DNA of 63,915 nucleotides, the filler included. It is 9 parts of 9 records of this genome, joined end to end, with 100 filler letters (N's around TTAATTAATTAA, not from the genome) between each part and the next. Parts side by side here need not be neighbours in the genome. Positions count along the whole stretch, not along the records: positions 1 to 6,499 come from SRR31156797_67985; positions 6,600 to 16,080 come from SRR31156797_67997; 7 more parts are not named here. One strand, written 5' to 3'. The notes beneath the pieces were generated by a model that made no database searches, was not told where the DNA came from, and saw only the letters and a list, made by a program, of their open reading frames with translations. The position numbers and the translations under genes were made by a program. Of this stretch, positions 1 through 8,029 are shown one piece after another (position 1 is the stretch's first letter; each line of letters starts with the position of its first letter).

Positions 1-154
1 GAGCGGGAGGAAGCGATCTGGGGAACGGTGCTTGCTGAAACCGCATACGGCTGGAAAGATCTTCGATCGACGATTTCTATGGTTGGGGGATAGCCAATCG
101 GCACCGAAAAAACGGACATTTATTCGGCCGATATTGAACGATGCGGAGAGGAGC

Positions 155-505
155 TCAGTATTCCGTTGTTTCTCTATCGTTGGCGGCTTCCAATTTTTCG
201 TTTTCGGATATTCCGCGAACGATTTCGACCTCGCGTTCAAGAGCGGGTCGCCTTTCCTCGATCATTTCGGCTAGCACCTTCGAAACGGACGGTTGACGGA
301 ACTTCGGTCCCCGCTTGTTCACTTTAACCGAGGCGGCAAGGTCGTAAATGGCCCGGGCCATCGACACATCCCGCAGTAAATCCAGGGTCTCCTTGGGAAG
401 GTAGACGCGAAAAGAAACCTTGGCTTGTTTGTCCCAGCGCGCGTCGAAGTCCGTTTCATTGTCGCAGCCTTTTCCTTGACCGCTTATTTTTCTTTTCTCA
501 GGCAC
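155..505 (-). CDS. Small hypothetical protein, ribbon-helix-helix-like (116 aa from GTG)
   Basis: GTG at 505 with GGAG 8 nt upstream. Strand VSFRVYLP, helix KETLDLLRDVS and SVSKVLAEMIEE resemble the RHH pattern. The longer ORF call (to 772) overlaps the SDR gene. Confidence 0.5.
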   Translation of the reverse strand: MPEKRKISGQGKGCDNETDFDARWDKQAKVSFRVYLPKETLDLLRDVSMARAIYDLAASVKVNKRGPKFRQPSVSKVLAEMIEERRPALEREVEIVRGISENEKLEAANDRETTEY

Positions 506-633
506 CGGCCCTACTCCAAAGTTGGCCTTTTGGCAAGCGCGCCGGAGTCTGCCACCGGAGAAACGCCTTTTTCCATGATAACCGGCATCTGCCGGCCCGA
601 AAAATGAAATTCTGAATAAACCGATTGGGCAGA

Positions 634-1404
634 CTACATCCCACTCAAAAGACCACCCTCGACATAGACGATCTGGCCGTTGATGTAGCTCGACGCATCC
701 GAACTCAGGAATACGGCCGCACCAATCAATTCCTCGGGGGCGCCCCAACGGCCAGCCGGAACCCGCTGACAAATCCAGGAATCAAACTCCTTGTCCTTCC
801 AAAGACGCTCGGTCATCTCGGTTTTGAGGTAACCGGGGCCGATCCCATTGGCCTGAATGTTGTGCGGCCCCCATTCAACGGCCATCGACTTGGTCAGCAT
901 CGCAATACCGCCCTTCGATGCCGTGTAGGCGGGGATGGTCGGGCGGGTAACGGCGCTCTGCAAAGAACAAATATTGACGATCTTCCCGCCCTTGCGATCG
1001 ATCATGCCCTTGGCAACGCTTCTGGCGACATAAAACGGAGCCGTCAGATTGACGTTGAGCACATCCAGCCAATCTTTGTCGGGGAATTCGACGAACGGAT
1101 GACGGCGTTGGATACCTGCGTTGTTTAAAAGGATGTCGATGCGCCCGAAACGGTCCTCGATTTCGGCAACCCCGGCCTCGACAGCCGCTGTATCCGTTAC
1201 ATCGAAGGATACACCGTGGGCATTGAAATCCTCGCTGCCGCGCAGTTTGCCGACGGTGCTGTCCAAAGCCCCGGAATCGATATCATTGAGAACCACCGTT
1301 GCTCCGGCCTCGGCCAAGCCGCGGGCCAGAACCAACCCGATACCGCGCGCCGCGCCGGTAATCAGCGCAACCTTTCCGTACAAGTCGAACAATTTGCTGG
1401 CCAT
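634..1404 (-). CDS. SDR oxidoreductase, gluconate 5-dehydrogenase (IdnO/Gno)/KduD-like
   Basis: TGAARGIG, NNAGIQRR, YTASK catalytic motif, GPGY. Confidence 0.88.
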   Translation of the reverse strand: MASKLFDLYGKVALITGAARGIGLVLARGLAEAGATVVLNDIDSGALDSTVGKLRGSEDFNAHGVSFDVTDTAAVEAGVAEIEDRFGRIDILLNNAGIQRRHPFVEFPDKDWLDVLNVNLTAPFYVARSVAKGMIDRKGGKIVNICSLQSAVTRPTIPAYTASKGGIAMLTKSMAVEWGPHNIQANGIGPGYLKTEMTERLWKDKEFDSWICQRVPAGRWGAPEELIGAAVFLSSDASSYINGQIVYVEGGLLSGM

Positions 1405-1454
1405 TGATTGTTTCCTTTTTTTTGCGGACCGTCCTGGACGACCAGCTTCTAAGA

Positions 1455-2735
1455 TCAGATCAGGTAGTTTTTATCGTCGAATCTCAGGGGTGAAGGCGCG
1501 CTTTGCACAATCAAATCCTCACGCCCTTCGATGTCCTTCAACACCGTTTCCGAAACCTGAATGTGGTTCAGTTCATTGGTGTTCTTGATCCGAACAAAAC
1601 GAACGTCTTCCGGTTTCATGTCGTTGCAGGTTTTGATCGCAACCAGAATTGCCTCGTGATCGTCATTGAGAACCATCGGCAGACTGGCCGGGCCCAAGGT
1701 GATGGCGGTGATCAGGTTGGTGTAAGTTTTGCCGAATTCGATTTTTTCGGCGCAGCGGCGGGTGGTGATATCGGCAAGGCCGATGCCGCAGGCATTCCCA
1801 TGGGTAGCCACCGTCAAATCGCTGACGATGATCCGCTGAATGGGAGCGATATCGAACTCGATACCCGGAGTTCCGCAACGTCCGATGACGTTGGGATCCA
1901 TGCCCGAACCGCTGACATCCTTTCCCAGTTCGTCAATGACCAGGACATCGATTCTGGGGATCAAAAGACGGGCAATGCTTTCTTTCGCCTTTTTTTGAAG
2001 CGCCCGATCCCTTGCCTCGAAATCGTCGGCGTGCACGCCTTCGATGATCATCGGTTCGTGGAAGGCATTTTCGACAATGGCAACGCCGAACAGAATCGGC
2101 ATTTCCTTCAGGGCAACCCGCGCGGCAGCGGGAATCAGATGATGGAAATTCTGAAATCCGCGGGAGTGAATGGTGACCGCACCTTTGTGTTTGGCCAGGC
2201 CGATGCTCAGCATCTTGAACAGGCCGCTTTCCCATTCACCGCGAAAATCGGTGTGCGGTTTGACCCGGCAGCAAAGGACAACGCCGTCGGACTGGCTGGC
2301 GATTTTATCGAAATACAGCGGCATTCCGTCGGCAAGGGTGCCGATCTGAATCGTTTCCATGGACGAACGCACCGGTGCTCCCATCTTTTCCTCGGAAATT
2401 CCAAGATCGGCCAGGACGCCGATCTGTCCTTCGGCGGTGGCACCGCCATGGCTGGCCATCGCCGGCACGATGAAGGGTTCGGCACCGAATTCCTTGAGGC
2501 AGGTAACGGTCGTTTTCACGACCAGGTCGATATTGGCGATTCCACGGCTACCGGCTGCCACGGCAATTTTTTTCCCGGCAAGATCCGTTTTTGAGAGCTT
2601 CGCCATTTCCCGCCGAACCGCAGCCTCGACGTCATCTTCGCGCTGACGCGGGAAAACCTGCTGCATATCGACCACGGAGGGGAAGGGGACTTCGTCCCGG
2701 GCCTGAACTTCTACCGTAATGTCGTCGAATTTCAT
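1455..2735 (-). CDS. LarA-N/DUF362-like protein, putative nickel-pincer-dependent isomerase/epimerase
   Basis: Motifs GSRGI, PAMASHGGATAEGQ, RVKPHTDF, ESGLFKM, GMDPNV, GNACGIGLAD. Confidence 0.72.
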   Translation of the reverse strand: MKFDDITVEVQARDEVPFPSVVDMQQVFPRQREDDVEAAVRREMAKLSKTDLAGKKIAVAAGSRGIANIDLVVKTTVTCLKEFGAEPFIVPAMASHGGATAEGQIGVLADLGISEEKMGAPVRSSMETIQIGTLADGMPLYFDKIASQSDGVVLCCRVKPHTDFRGEWESGLFKMLSIGLAKHKGAVTIHSRGFQNFHHLIPAAARVALKEMPILFGVAIVENAFHEPMIIEGVHADDFEARDRALQKKAKESIARLLIPRIDVLVIDELGKDVSGSGMDPNVIGRCGTPGIEFDIAPIQRIIVSDLTVATHGNACGIGLADITTRRCAEKIEFGKTYTNLITAITLGPASLPMVLNDDHEAILVAIKTCNDMKPEDVRFVRIKNTNELNHIQVSETVLKDIEGREDLIVQSAPSPLRFDDKNYLI

Positions 2736-2891
2736 GGACCTTTTTCCAGTTTCTGGTTTTTGGGGTTTATACCGTTATTGGACAATACTACGACTGACTC
2801 GGCCATGGAACTCGGATGGCACCTGAGTTTCTTCTATCAAACGGCGACCGCCAAAAAAAGTGACGCGGTCGCCGCCAGCATCGGTGTCGGT

Positions 2892-3734
2892 CTATTTGAA
2901 CTTGTCGACCATGTCCTGAACGCCCGGGAACATCCCCATCAGCGGGCGGTATTCCTCCTTGAAGTTCTGTACAAGCGACCGCTGACTGAGGCCGACCAGG
3001 ATGGTAAAGACATACTCCTCGTGGCCAGGCGATGTAACGGTCGGATGGAAGCCGTCACTGAATGCAAAGGTGTCGCCGTCCCGGGTCATGTGGACAATGC
3101 TTTCGCCGGTTTCTTTGAACCAATACTGGCCGCCAAAGCCGTTGGCCGGATTGAACCGGTAATGATAGACCTCTTCGTGGGCGGTTTCGCCGTCACCATC
3201 ATCGGTGTCGTGCTTGTGCGGAGGGAAACCGGACCAATTGCCATGATCGCAGTACAACTCGCTGATCAGAAGGTTTCCCGCGCGGCCCGCCCCATTCTGC
3301 CCGAGGATATGGAATATCCGCCGGTGACTGTGGGTTTCCAGCGAACCGACTTCAACCATATCGACCTCGTCGGGCGTGACCCGGAAAGGCGCGAACTTCG
3401 TCTCGCAAATACCGCCGGCGATTGCCACGTCGGTGCCGTCCTTATTGGCTTTTATCAAGACGTCAGCGCCACTTCCGGCATAGACCGAATCGGCTTTCCC
3501 GGACCAGATATCCCGGCGCTTGCCGACATCTGAAAAGACCTGCCCGTCGACGGAAATATCGACATTTCCGGACTGCACGACGAGGACCGTTTCATACCCC
3601 GAAACCTGGAGGGGAAAGCTTTCTCCGTTATTCAAATGAACAAGATTGAAATAGATGTGCGGCGTTGCGCCCTGGCCACCGGCCAAGATCGGTCGATTGG
3701 CGGTGTCGGATTTACGGATCAATTCTTGTGCCAT
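2892..3734 (-). CDS. iolB: 5-deoxy-glucuronate isomerase (IolB/KduI family)
   Basis: GNWSGFPPHKHD, HEEVYHY and GFHP cupin metal motifs. Confidence 0.85.
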   Translation of the reverse strand: MAQELIRKSDTANRPILAGGQGATPHIYFNLVHLNNGESFPLQVSGYETVLVVQSGNVDISVDGQVFSDVGKRRDIWSGKADSVYAGSGADVLIKANKDGTDVAIAGGICETKFAPFRVTPDEVDMVEVGSLETHSHRRIFHILGQNGAGRAGNLLISELYCDHGNWSGFPPHKHDTDDGDGETAHEEVYHYRFNPANGFGGQYWFKETGESIVHMTRDGDTFAFSDGFHPTVTSPGHEEYVFTILVGLSQRSLVQNFKEEYRPLMGMFPGVQDMVDKFK

Positions 3735-3783
3735 GGATTTTCCTTCCTGTTGATTTCAACGGGCCCGCCGTTTTCACGTCGGC

Positions 3784-4218
3784 CTACACCGCGATCCATT
3801 TCATGATGTGGGTTCCGGCAATACAAAGGATGCCGTCCTGGTTGAAGACTTCGCAGTTCCCGCTTGATCGATCGCGCGCCTGGTCAATGTCGGCGATGGT
3901 ATATCTGGCGGTCAGCGTATCGCCGATGAAGACCGGGTGGATAAAACGAATGCGATCGTAGCCAAGCGATACGGGTTTCTTTCCCGTTGCGCGGGCGGCA
4001 ATTCGTGTCGACATTTCGGATTCCGCCGCCGACAGCAGTGCCAGGACCAGAATCCCGTGGGCAATACGCCGCCCGAAGGGCGATTTCCTGGCAAATTCGT
4101 CATTCATATGAATCGGATCAAAATCGCCGCTGACTGCGGCAAAAAGCGCGAGGTCCGCATCCGTGATCGTTTTCGAGAACTCGGTTTTGTCTCCGATCTC
4201 GACCGGCAATTCATTCAT
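3784..4218 (-). CDS. MaoC-family (R)-specific enoyl-CoA hydratase/dehydratase
   Basis: FAAVSGDFDPIH and RIAHG hydratase-2 motif, FIHPVFIGDTL; ATG at 4218 overlaps the upstream TGA (ATGA). Confidence 0.88.
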   Translation of the reverse strand: MNELPVEIGDKTEFSKTITDADLALFAAVSGDFDPIHMNDEFARKSPFGRRIAHGILVLALLSAAESEMSTRIAARATGKKPVSLGYDRIRFIHPVFIGDTLTARYTIADIDQARDRSSGNCEVFNQDGILCIAGTHIMKWIAV

Positions 4219-5423
4219 CCGTCCTGTCCTCCCTCGCAATTTTCCGCGGCGGCCACGGCACCACCGGCAATCAGGCCGTTGATTTCGTCCCGGGTATAGC
4301 CGATCTCGGTCATGACCTCACGGGTGTTTTCCCCGGCTTTTAGGGGCAAGCCTTTGTAGGGTGGGGGCGCGCCGTCGTAACGTATCGGATGGTTGATCAG
4401 CGTCACTTTGTCGCCGCCAATCACGGGTCTGGAAAAGATCTCGGCGTATTCGGCCTGCGGGTCATCCCGCATGTCATCGAAGTCCTGGACTCTCTCGTAC
4501 CAGACACCGTGGCGATCGAAGCGGGCCGTGACGTCGGCAAGGCTCATGTCCTCGAGCACTTCGGCCAGTCCGCGTGCGCAGGCATCCCGATGTTCCCAGG
4601 GATCGAGAACCGCCAGTGCCGCCAGTTCATCGCTTTCCAAGGCCGCCGCCAGTTTATCGTAACCGTTGATAGAGACCACGAGCGCCCCATCCTTCAGCCG
4701 ATAGGCACCATACGGCGCACCCAGATACCAGCTTGAAAGGTGATGGTCGCGAGCCATGACCGACCGGTCATGGTCGCAACAGAAATAGTGCACGAGCCCT
4801 TCCTGCATCATGTCGACGCATGCGTTGTAAAGGCTGCCTTCGACCCGGCTGCCTTGACCACTGGTCAATTTTTTCACGTAGGCGCCGACAATTCCCAGTG
4901 CCAGCAATGCCGCTCCGTGTTGATCGATCGCCGAGTTGCCAATCGGCGTCGGCCTTGCCGACCATTCCCCGGTCTGGGCAACCATGCCGGCCCGCCCTTG
5001 AACCAAAAGATCCTGTCCCGGCCCCTTGCTTAGCGGGCCGTCGGGACCATAGCCGGTAGCCGAGGCGTAGATGATGTCTGGTTTACGGCTGTGGATGGCA
5101 TCGAACCCCAAGCCGAGGCGATCCATCACGCCGGGACGATAGTTTTCGACCACCGCGTCGCATTTATCGATTAGGCGAAGCGCGACGTCTTTGCCTTCGG
5201 ATGATTTAAGGTCGATGACGATGGTCCGTGCGTTGCGATTGGTGGCCAAAACCAGGGTGCCGGTTCCCGCAGCCGTGCGGCCGGCCGCCTGCCAGTGGCG
5301 CTCGTAACTGCCGCCAGGGGCCTCAATGCGGATCACGTCGGCTCCCATGTCGGCGAGGTACTGGGTTGTGGCCGGCCCCTGAAGCCAATGGGTGAAGCTT
5401 GCCACACGCATTTTACCTAACAT
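4215..5423 (-). CDS. Family III CoA-transferase (CaiB/BaiF)
   Basis: GPATTQYLADMGADVIRIE, VENYRPGVMDRLGLG, ATGYGPDGP, QDLLVQG. Confidence 0.9.
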   Translation of the reverse strand: MLGKMRVASFTHWLQGPATTQYLADMGADVIRIEAPGGSYERHWQAAGRTAAGTGTLVLATNRNARTIVIDLKSSEGKDVALRLIDKCDAVVENYRPGVMDRLGLGFDAIHSRKPDIIYASATGYGPDGPLSKGPGQDLLVQGRAGMVAQTGEWSARPTPIGNSAIDQHGAALLALGIVGAYVKKLTSGQGSRVEGSLYNACVDMMQEGLVHYFCCDHDRSVMARDHHLSSWYLGAPYGAYRLKDGALVVSINGYDKLAAALESDELAALAVLDPWEHRDACARGLAEVLEDMSLADVTARFDRHGVWYERVQDFDDMRDDPQAEYAEIFSRPVIGGDKVTLINHPIRYDGAPPPYKGLPLKAGENTREVMTEIGYTRDEINGLIAGGAVAAAENCEGGQDG

Positions 5424-5544
5424 CGCGTGATCTCCCGCTTAAAGACCGATAGGCATCGACGATACCGGAGAGGACACTGCGAATGACGATGGGAACCGAC
5501 ATCGTTTTTTGCCTCGCAATTTTAACCCTGCAATTGGTAAAAAC

Positions 5545-5627
5545 GGGTGTTCATCCGGTCGGTCAGGACTTGCCGAGATCGTGGACGAATAGGTCCTGAT
5601 CCATGCAAGGCGACCGGATGAACACCC
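5545..5627 (-). terminator. Long branched stem-loop after dctP (terminator or mRNA stabiliser)
   Basis: Perfect 17-bp arms GGGTGTTCATCCGGTCG (5545-5561) / CGACCGGATGAACACCC (5611-5627); inner stem 5562-5571/5591-5600; GTTTTT follows on the minus strand. Confidence 0.65.
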
Positions 5628-5634
5628 TCATTCA

Positions 5635-6499
5635 TTATTTGGCGGCGTCCCGGACCTTCTGGACCAGACCGTGGCCGATTTCCTTGTCGAACTGGTCAAC
5701 GATGTGTTTGACCGCGTCCTGGAAAGGTTTGATGTCCTTGATCTCGTTTACCTGGACACCGGATTTTTTGATGATATCCATGCTCTTGGCCCAGGCGCCG
5801 GTGATGTACTCGATCTGATAGTTCTCGGCCTCGCGACCCGCCTCCAGAATGGCCTTCTGGATGGCCGGCGAGAAGCTTTCGAACTTCGCCTTGTTCATCA
5901 CGACGACGTTTACCGACAACGAGTGACGGTTGATTGAATAGTACTTGATGACGTCCTTCCAGCCCCACGAGACGACGCTGGCCGGATCGTTTTCGCCGGC
6001 ATCGACGGTGCCGAGCTGTAGCGAGGTGTAAAGCTCGGACGCCGGCATCGGCGTCGGCAGCATGCCCATCGACTTGAACATCTCGACGTAGACGGGGCTC
6101 TGCATGGAGCGGATCTTCAGGTCTTTGGCATCCGCGACCGTATTGATCGGCCGGACGTTGTTGAAGATGCTGCGGAAGCCGGGCAGGACATAGGTGATGA
6201 GCTTCACCCCATCGTCTTCGACTTGCTGCTTGATGAAGTTGCCGACTTCGCCCTGAACCACCCTCTTATAGTGATCGACGCCTTCGTACATGTACGGAAG
6301 GTCGAAGATCTTCGCCGACGGCGCCCAGCCTAGGATATAGGTGGTTGCCCCGACGGAGATATCGATGGCACCGCTCTGCGCCATCTCGGCCAGTTCGCGT
6401 TCGTTGGAGCTTAACGCGCCGGAATAGAACGCCTTGACCTTGACTTCGCCGTTGGTTTTTTTGGCGATGGCATCGCCCAAAACGTTGAGGGTGTCGCCC
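5635..6499 (-). CDS. dctP: TRAP transporter substrate-binding protein DctP (5'-truncated)
   Basis: FDLPY, GFRSI, DLKIRSM, PTPMPASELYTSLQLGTVDAGEN. Confidence 0.88.
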
Positions 6500-6599
6500 N
6501 NNNNNNNNNNNNNNNNNNNNNNNNNNNNNNNNNNNNNNNNNNNTTAATTAATTAANNNNNNNNNNNNNNNNNNNNNNNNNNNNNNNNNNNNNNNNNNNN
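6500..6599. other. Artificial contig spacer
   Basis: N-run + TTAATTAATTAA (stops in all six frames) + N-run. Confidence 0.98.
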
Positions 6600-6629
6600 A
6601 AATCCTGCAATGATAATTTCTTCTGTCAT
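6600..6629 (-). CDS. 2-oxoacid:ferredoxin oxidoreductase gamma subunit, N-terminal fragment
   Basis: Translates MTEEIIIAGF, the typical gamma-subunit start (xIIIAGFGGQG); downstream of beta; cut by the contig end. Confidence 0.7.
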
Positions 6630-6672
6630 GATATTTGATGTGTTTAATTATCTGAAAGTATGGATTTTATGT

Positions 6673-6744
6673 AAGTTCATAAAGTGACTCAAGTTCATAA
6701 AGTGCCTTGAGTTAATAAAGTTGTGAGTTTTGAGTCTTGAGTTT
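6673..6744. repeat. 18-nt tandem repeat plus 7-nt GAGTYTT-type repeats
   Basis: AAGTTCATAAAGTGACTC / AAGTTCATAAAGTGCCTT / GAGTTAATAAAGTTGT, then GAGTTTT GAGTCTT GAGTTT. Confidence 0.8.
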
Positions 6745-6790
6745 AAATTTGAGAATAAAAATGAGTCATCTAAAAAATGAATTAAATCAA

Positions 6791-7150
6791 TTACAATTTT
6801 AAAGTAGTGCTGGTTGAAGTAAAAATTGACAAGAGTTCAATGGCTTCAGCATGAATACTTCTTGTTTCAATCTTCTTCGACCAGCCTAACTCCTCAATTA
6901 TTTCTAACCAATAAACTGTTTCACTGGCTTCGCTTTCACAAATTCTAATTTTATTGATGAAATCAGCTTTACTTCTTGAACGGTTTGCCTCACGGTAATT
7001 TGCACCGATACTTGTTCCTGATTTTGTTACCTGATTTCTTGCCACCAGACCTTCAGGTGATGAAGGAAGCCGCGAGGACATTCTGATAATTGAAATTGCA
7101 AAATTCTTTGTTCTTAATTCAAGTTTAATTCCGAATTCTTTACTGTTCAT
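6791..7150 (-). CDS. Four-helix-bundle protein (23S rRNA intervening-sequence protein family, TIGR02436-like)
   Basis: NQVTKSGTSIGANYREA, RSKADFINKIRICESEASETVYWLE signature. Confidence 0.9.
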   Translation of the reverse strand: MNSKEFGIKLELRTKNFAISIIRMSSRLPSSPEGLVARNQVTKSGTSIGANYREANRSRSKADFINKIRICESEASETVYWLEIIEELGWSKKIETRSIHAEAIELLSIFTSTSTTLKL

Positions 7151-7206
7151 GTCACATTAGAATAACTAAAAATACCAGCTATGATCTTTAATTACGACTT
7201 TCTCTT

Positions 7207-7244
7207 ACTTTCAACTCTAGTTCACTTTCAACTCTAATTCACTT
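7207..7244. repeat. 17-nt tandem repeat
   Basis: ACTTTCAACTCTAGTTC / ACTTTCAACTCTAATTC / ACTT, immediately after the beta-subunit stop on the minus strand. Confidence 0.8.
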
Positions 7245-8027
7245 CTAATTCTTCTCCACAATCACCCCGTCAACTTTAATATCGCCAAGGGGATAGAATG
7301 GGAACATATTTTCTACCATCCACTGATTGGCTTTTACCGGTGGCATTTTCCAGCCGGAGTTGCAGTTTGAAACGATTTCTATAAAGGTCACGCCTTTATT
7401 TTCATTTTGTAATTCAAAAGCCTTACGGACGGCTTTTTTTGCTTTTCTAACCGCAGCAGGCGTATGCACAGCCTGACGTGTAACGAAATGCGTTCCCGGG
7501 AGTTGTGCTACCAGTTCGGTGATCTTCAATGGATTACCCATAGACTGCAAATCCCTGCCGTAAGGCGATGTGGATGTCCTCATACCCTCGAGGGTTGTTG
7601 GAGCCATCTGACCACCGGTCATTCCATAAATTCCATTGTTCACAAAAATGATGGTGAAATTCTCACCCCTGTTACAGGCATGAATAGTTTCGGCAGTGCC
7701 AATTGCAGCAAGGTCTCCATCGCCCTGGTAAGTAAATACATATTTACCCGGGTAGCAACGCTTAACACCTGTAGCCACCGCCGGTGCACGGCCATGAGCA
7801 GCCTGGATCATATCTATATTCATAAACTCATATGCAAGCACTGAACACCCTACGGGTGCAACACCAATGGTTTCTTCCTGTGCGTCAAGTTCATCAAGCA
7901 CTTCCATGATAACACGGTGTGCCGTACCATGGCCACAGCCAGGACAGTATGAGAGCACTTTTTCGGTCATCAACGGTGTTTTTGAATACACCAGGTTTTC
8001 TTCTTTGATGATATCTTTAATGTCCAT
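7245..8027 (-). CDS. 2-oxoacid:ferredoxin oxidoreductase beta (TPP-binding) subunit
   Basis: YCPGCGH, GCS, HGRA, QGDGD TPP motif, YGMTGGQ. Confidence 0.93.
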   Translation of the reverse strand: MDIKDIIKEENLVYSKTPLMTEKVLSYCPGCGHGTAHRVIMEVLDELDAQEETIGVAPVGCSVLAYEFMNIDMIQAAHGRAPAVATGVKRCYPGKYVFTYQGDGDLAAIGTAETIHACNRGENFTIIFVNNGIYGMTGGQMAPTTLEGMRTSTSPYGRDLQSMGNPLKITELVAQLPGTHFVTRQAVHTPAAVRKAKKAVRKAFELQNENKGVTFIEIVSNCNSGWKMPPVKANQWMVENMFPFYPLGDIKVDGVIVEKN

Positions 8028-8029
8028 GA

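Noticed and set aside
155-772. 205-aa ORF as called
   Set aside because: Its N-terminal part overlaps the SDR gene in another frame; GTG 505 with an RBS gives a more plausible gene.
1503-2594. 363-aa plus-strand ORF
   Set aside because: Antisense shadow of the LarA-like gene in GC-rich DNA; no motifs.
6673-7244. CRISPR array or diversity-generating retroelement (Avd-like protein plus repeats)
   Set aside because: The repeats are contiguous with no spacers; no cas gene, reverse transcriptase or TR/VR pair in the fragment.
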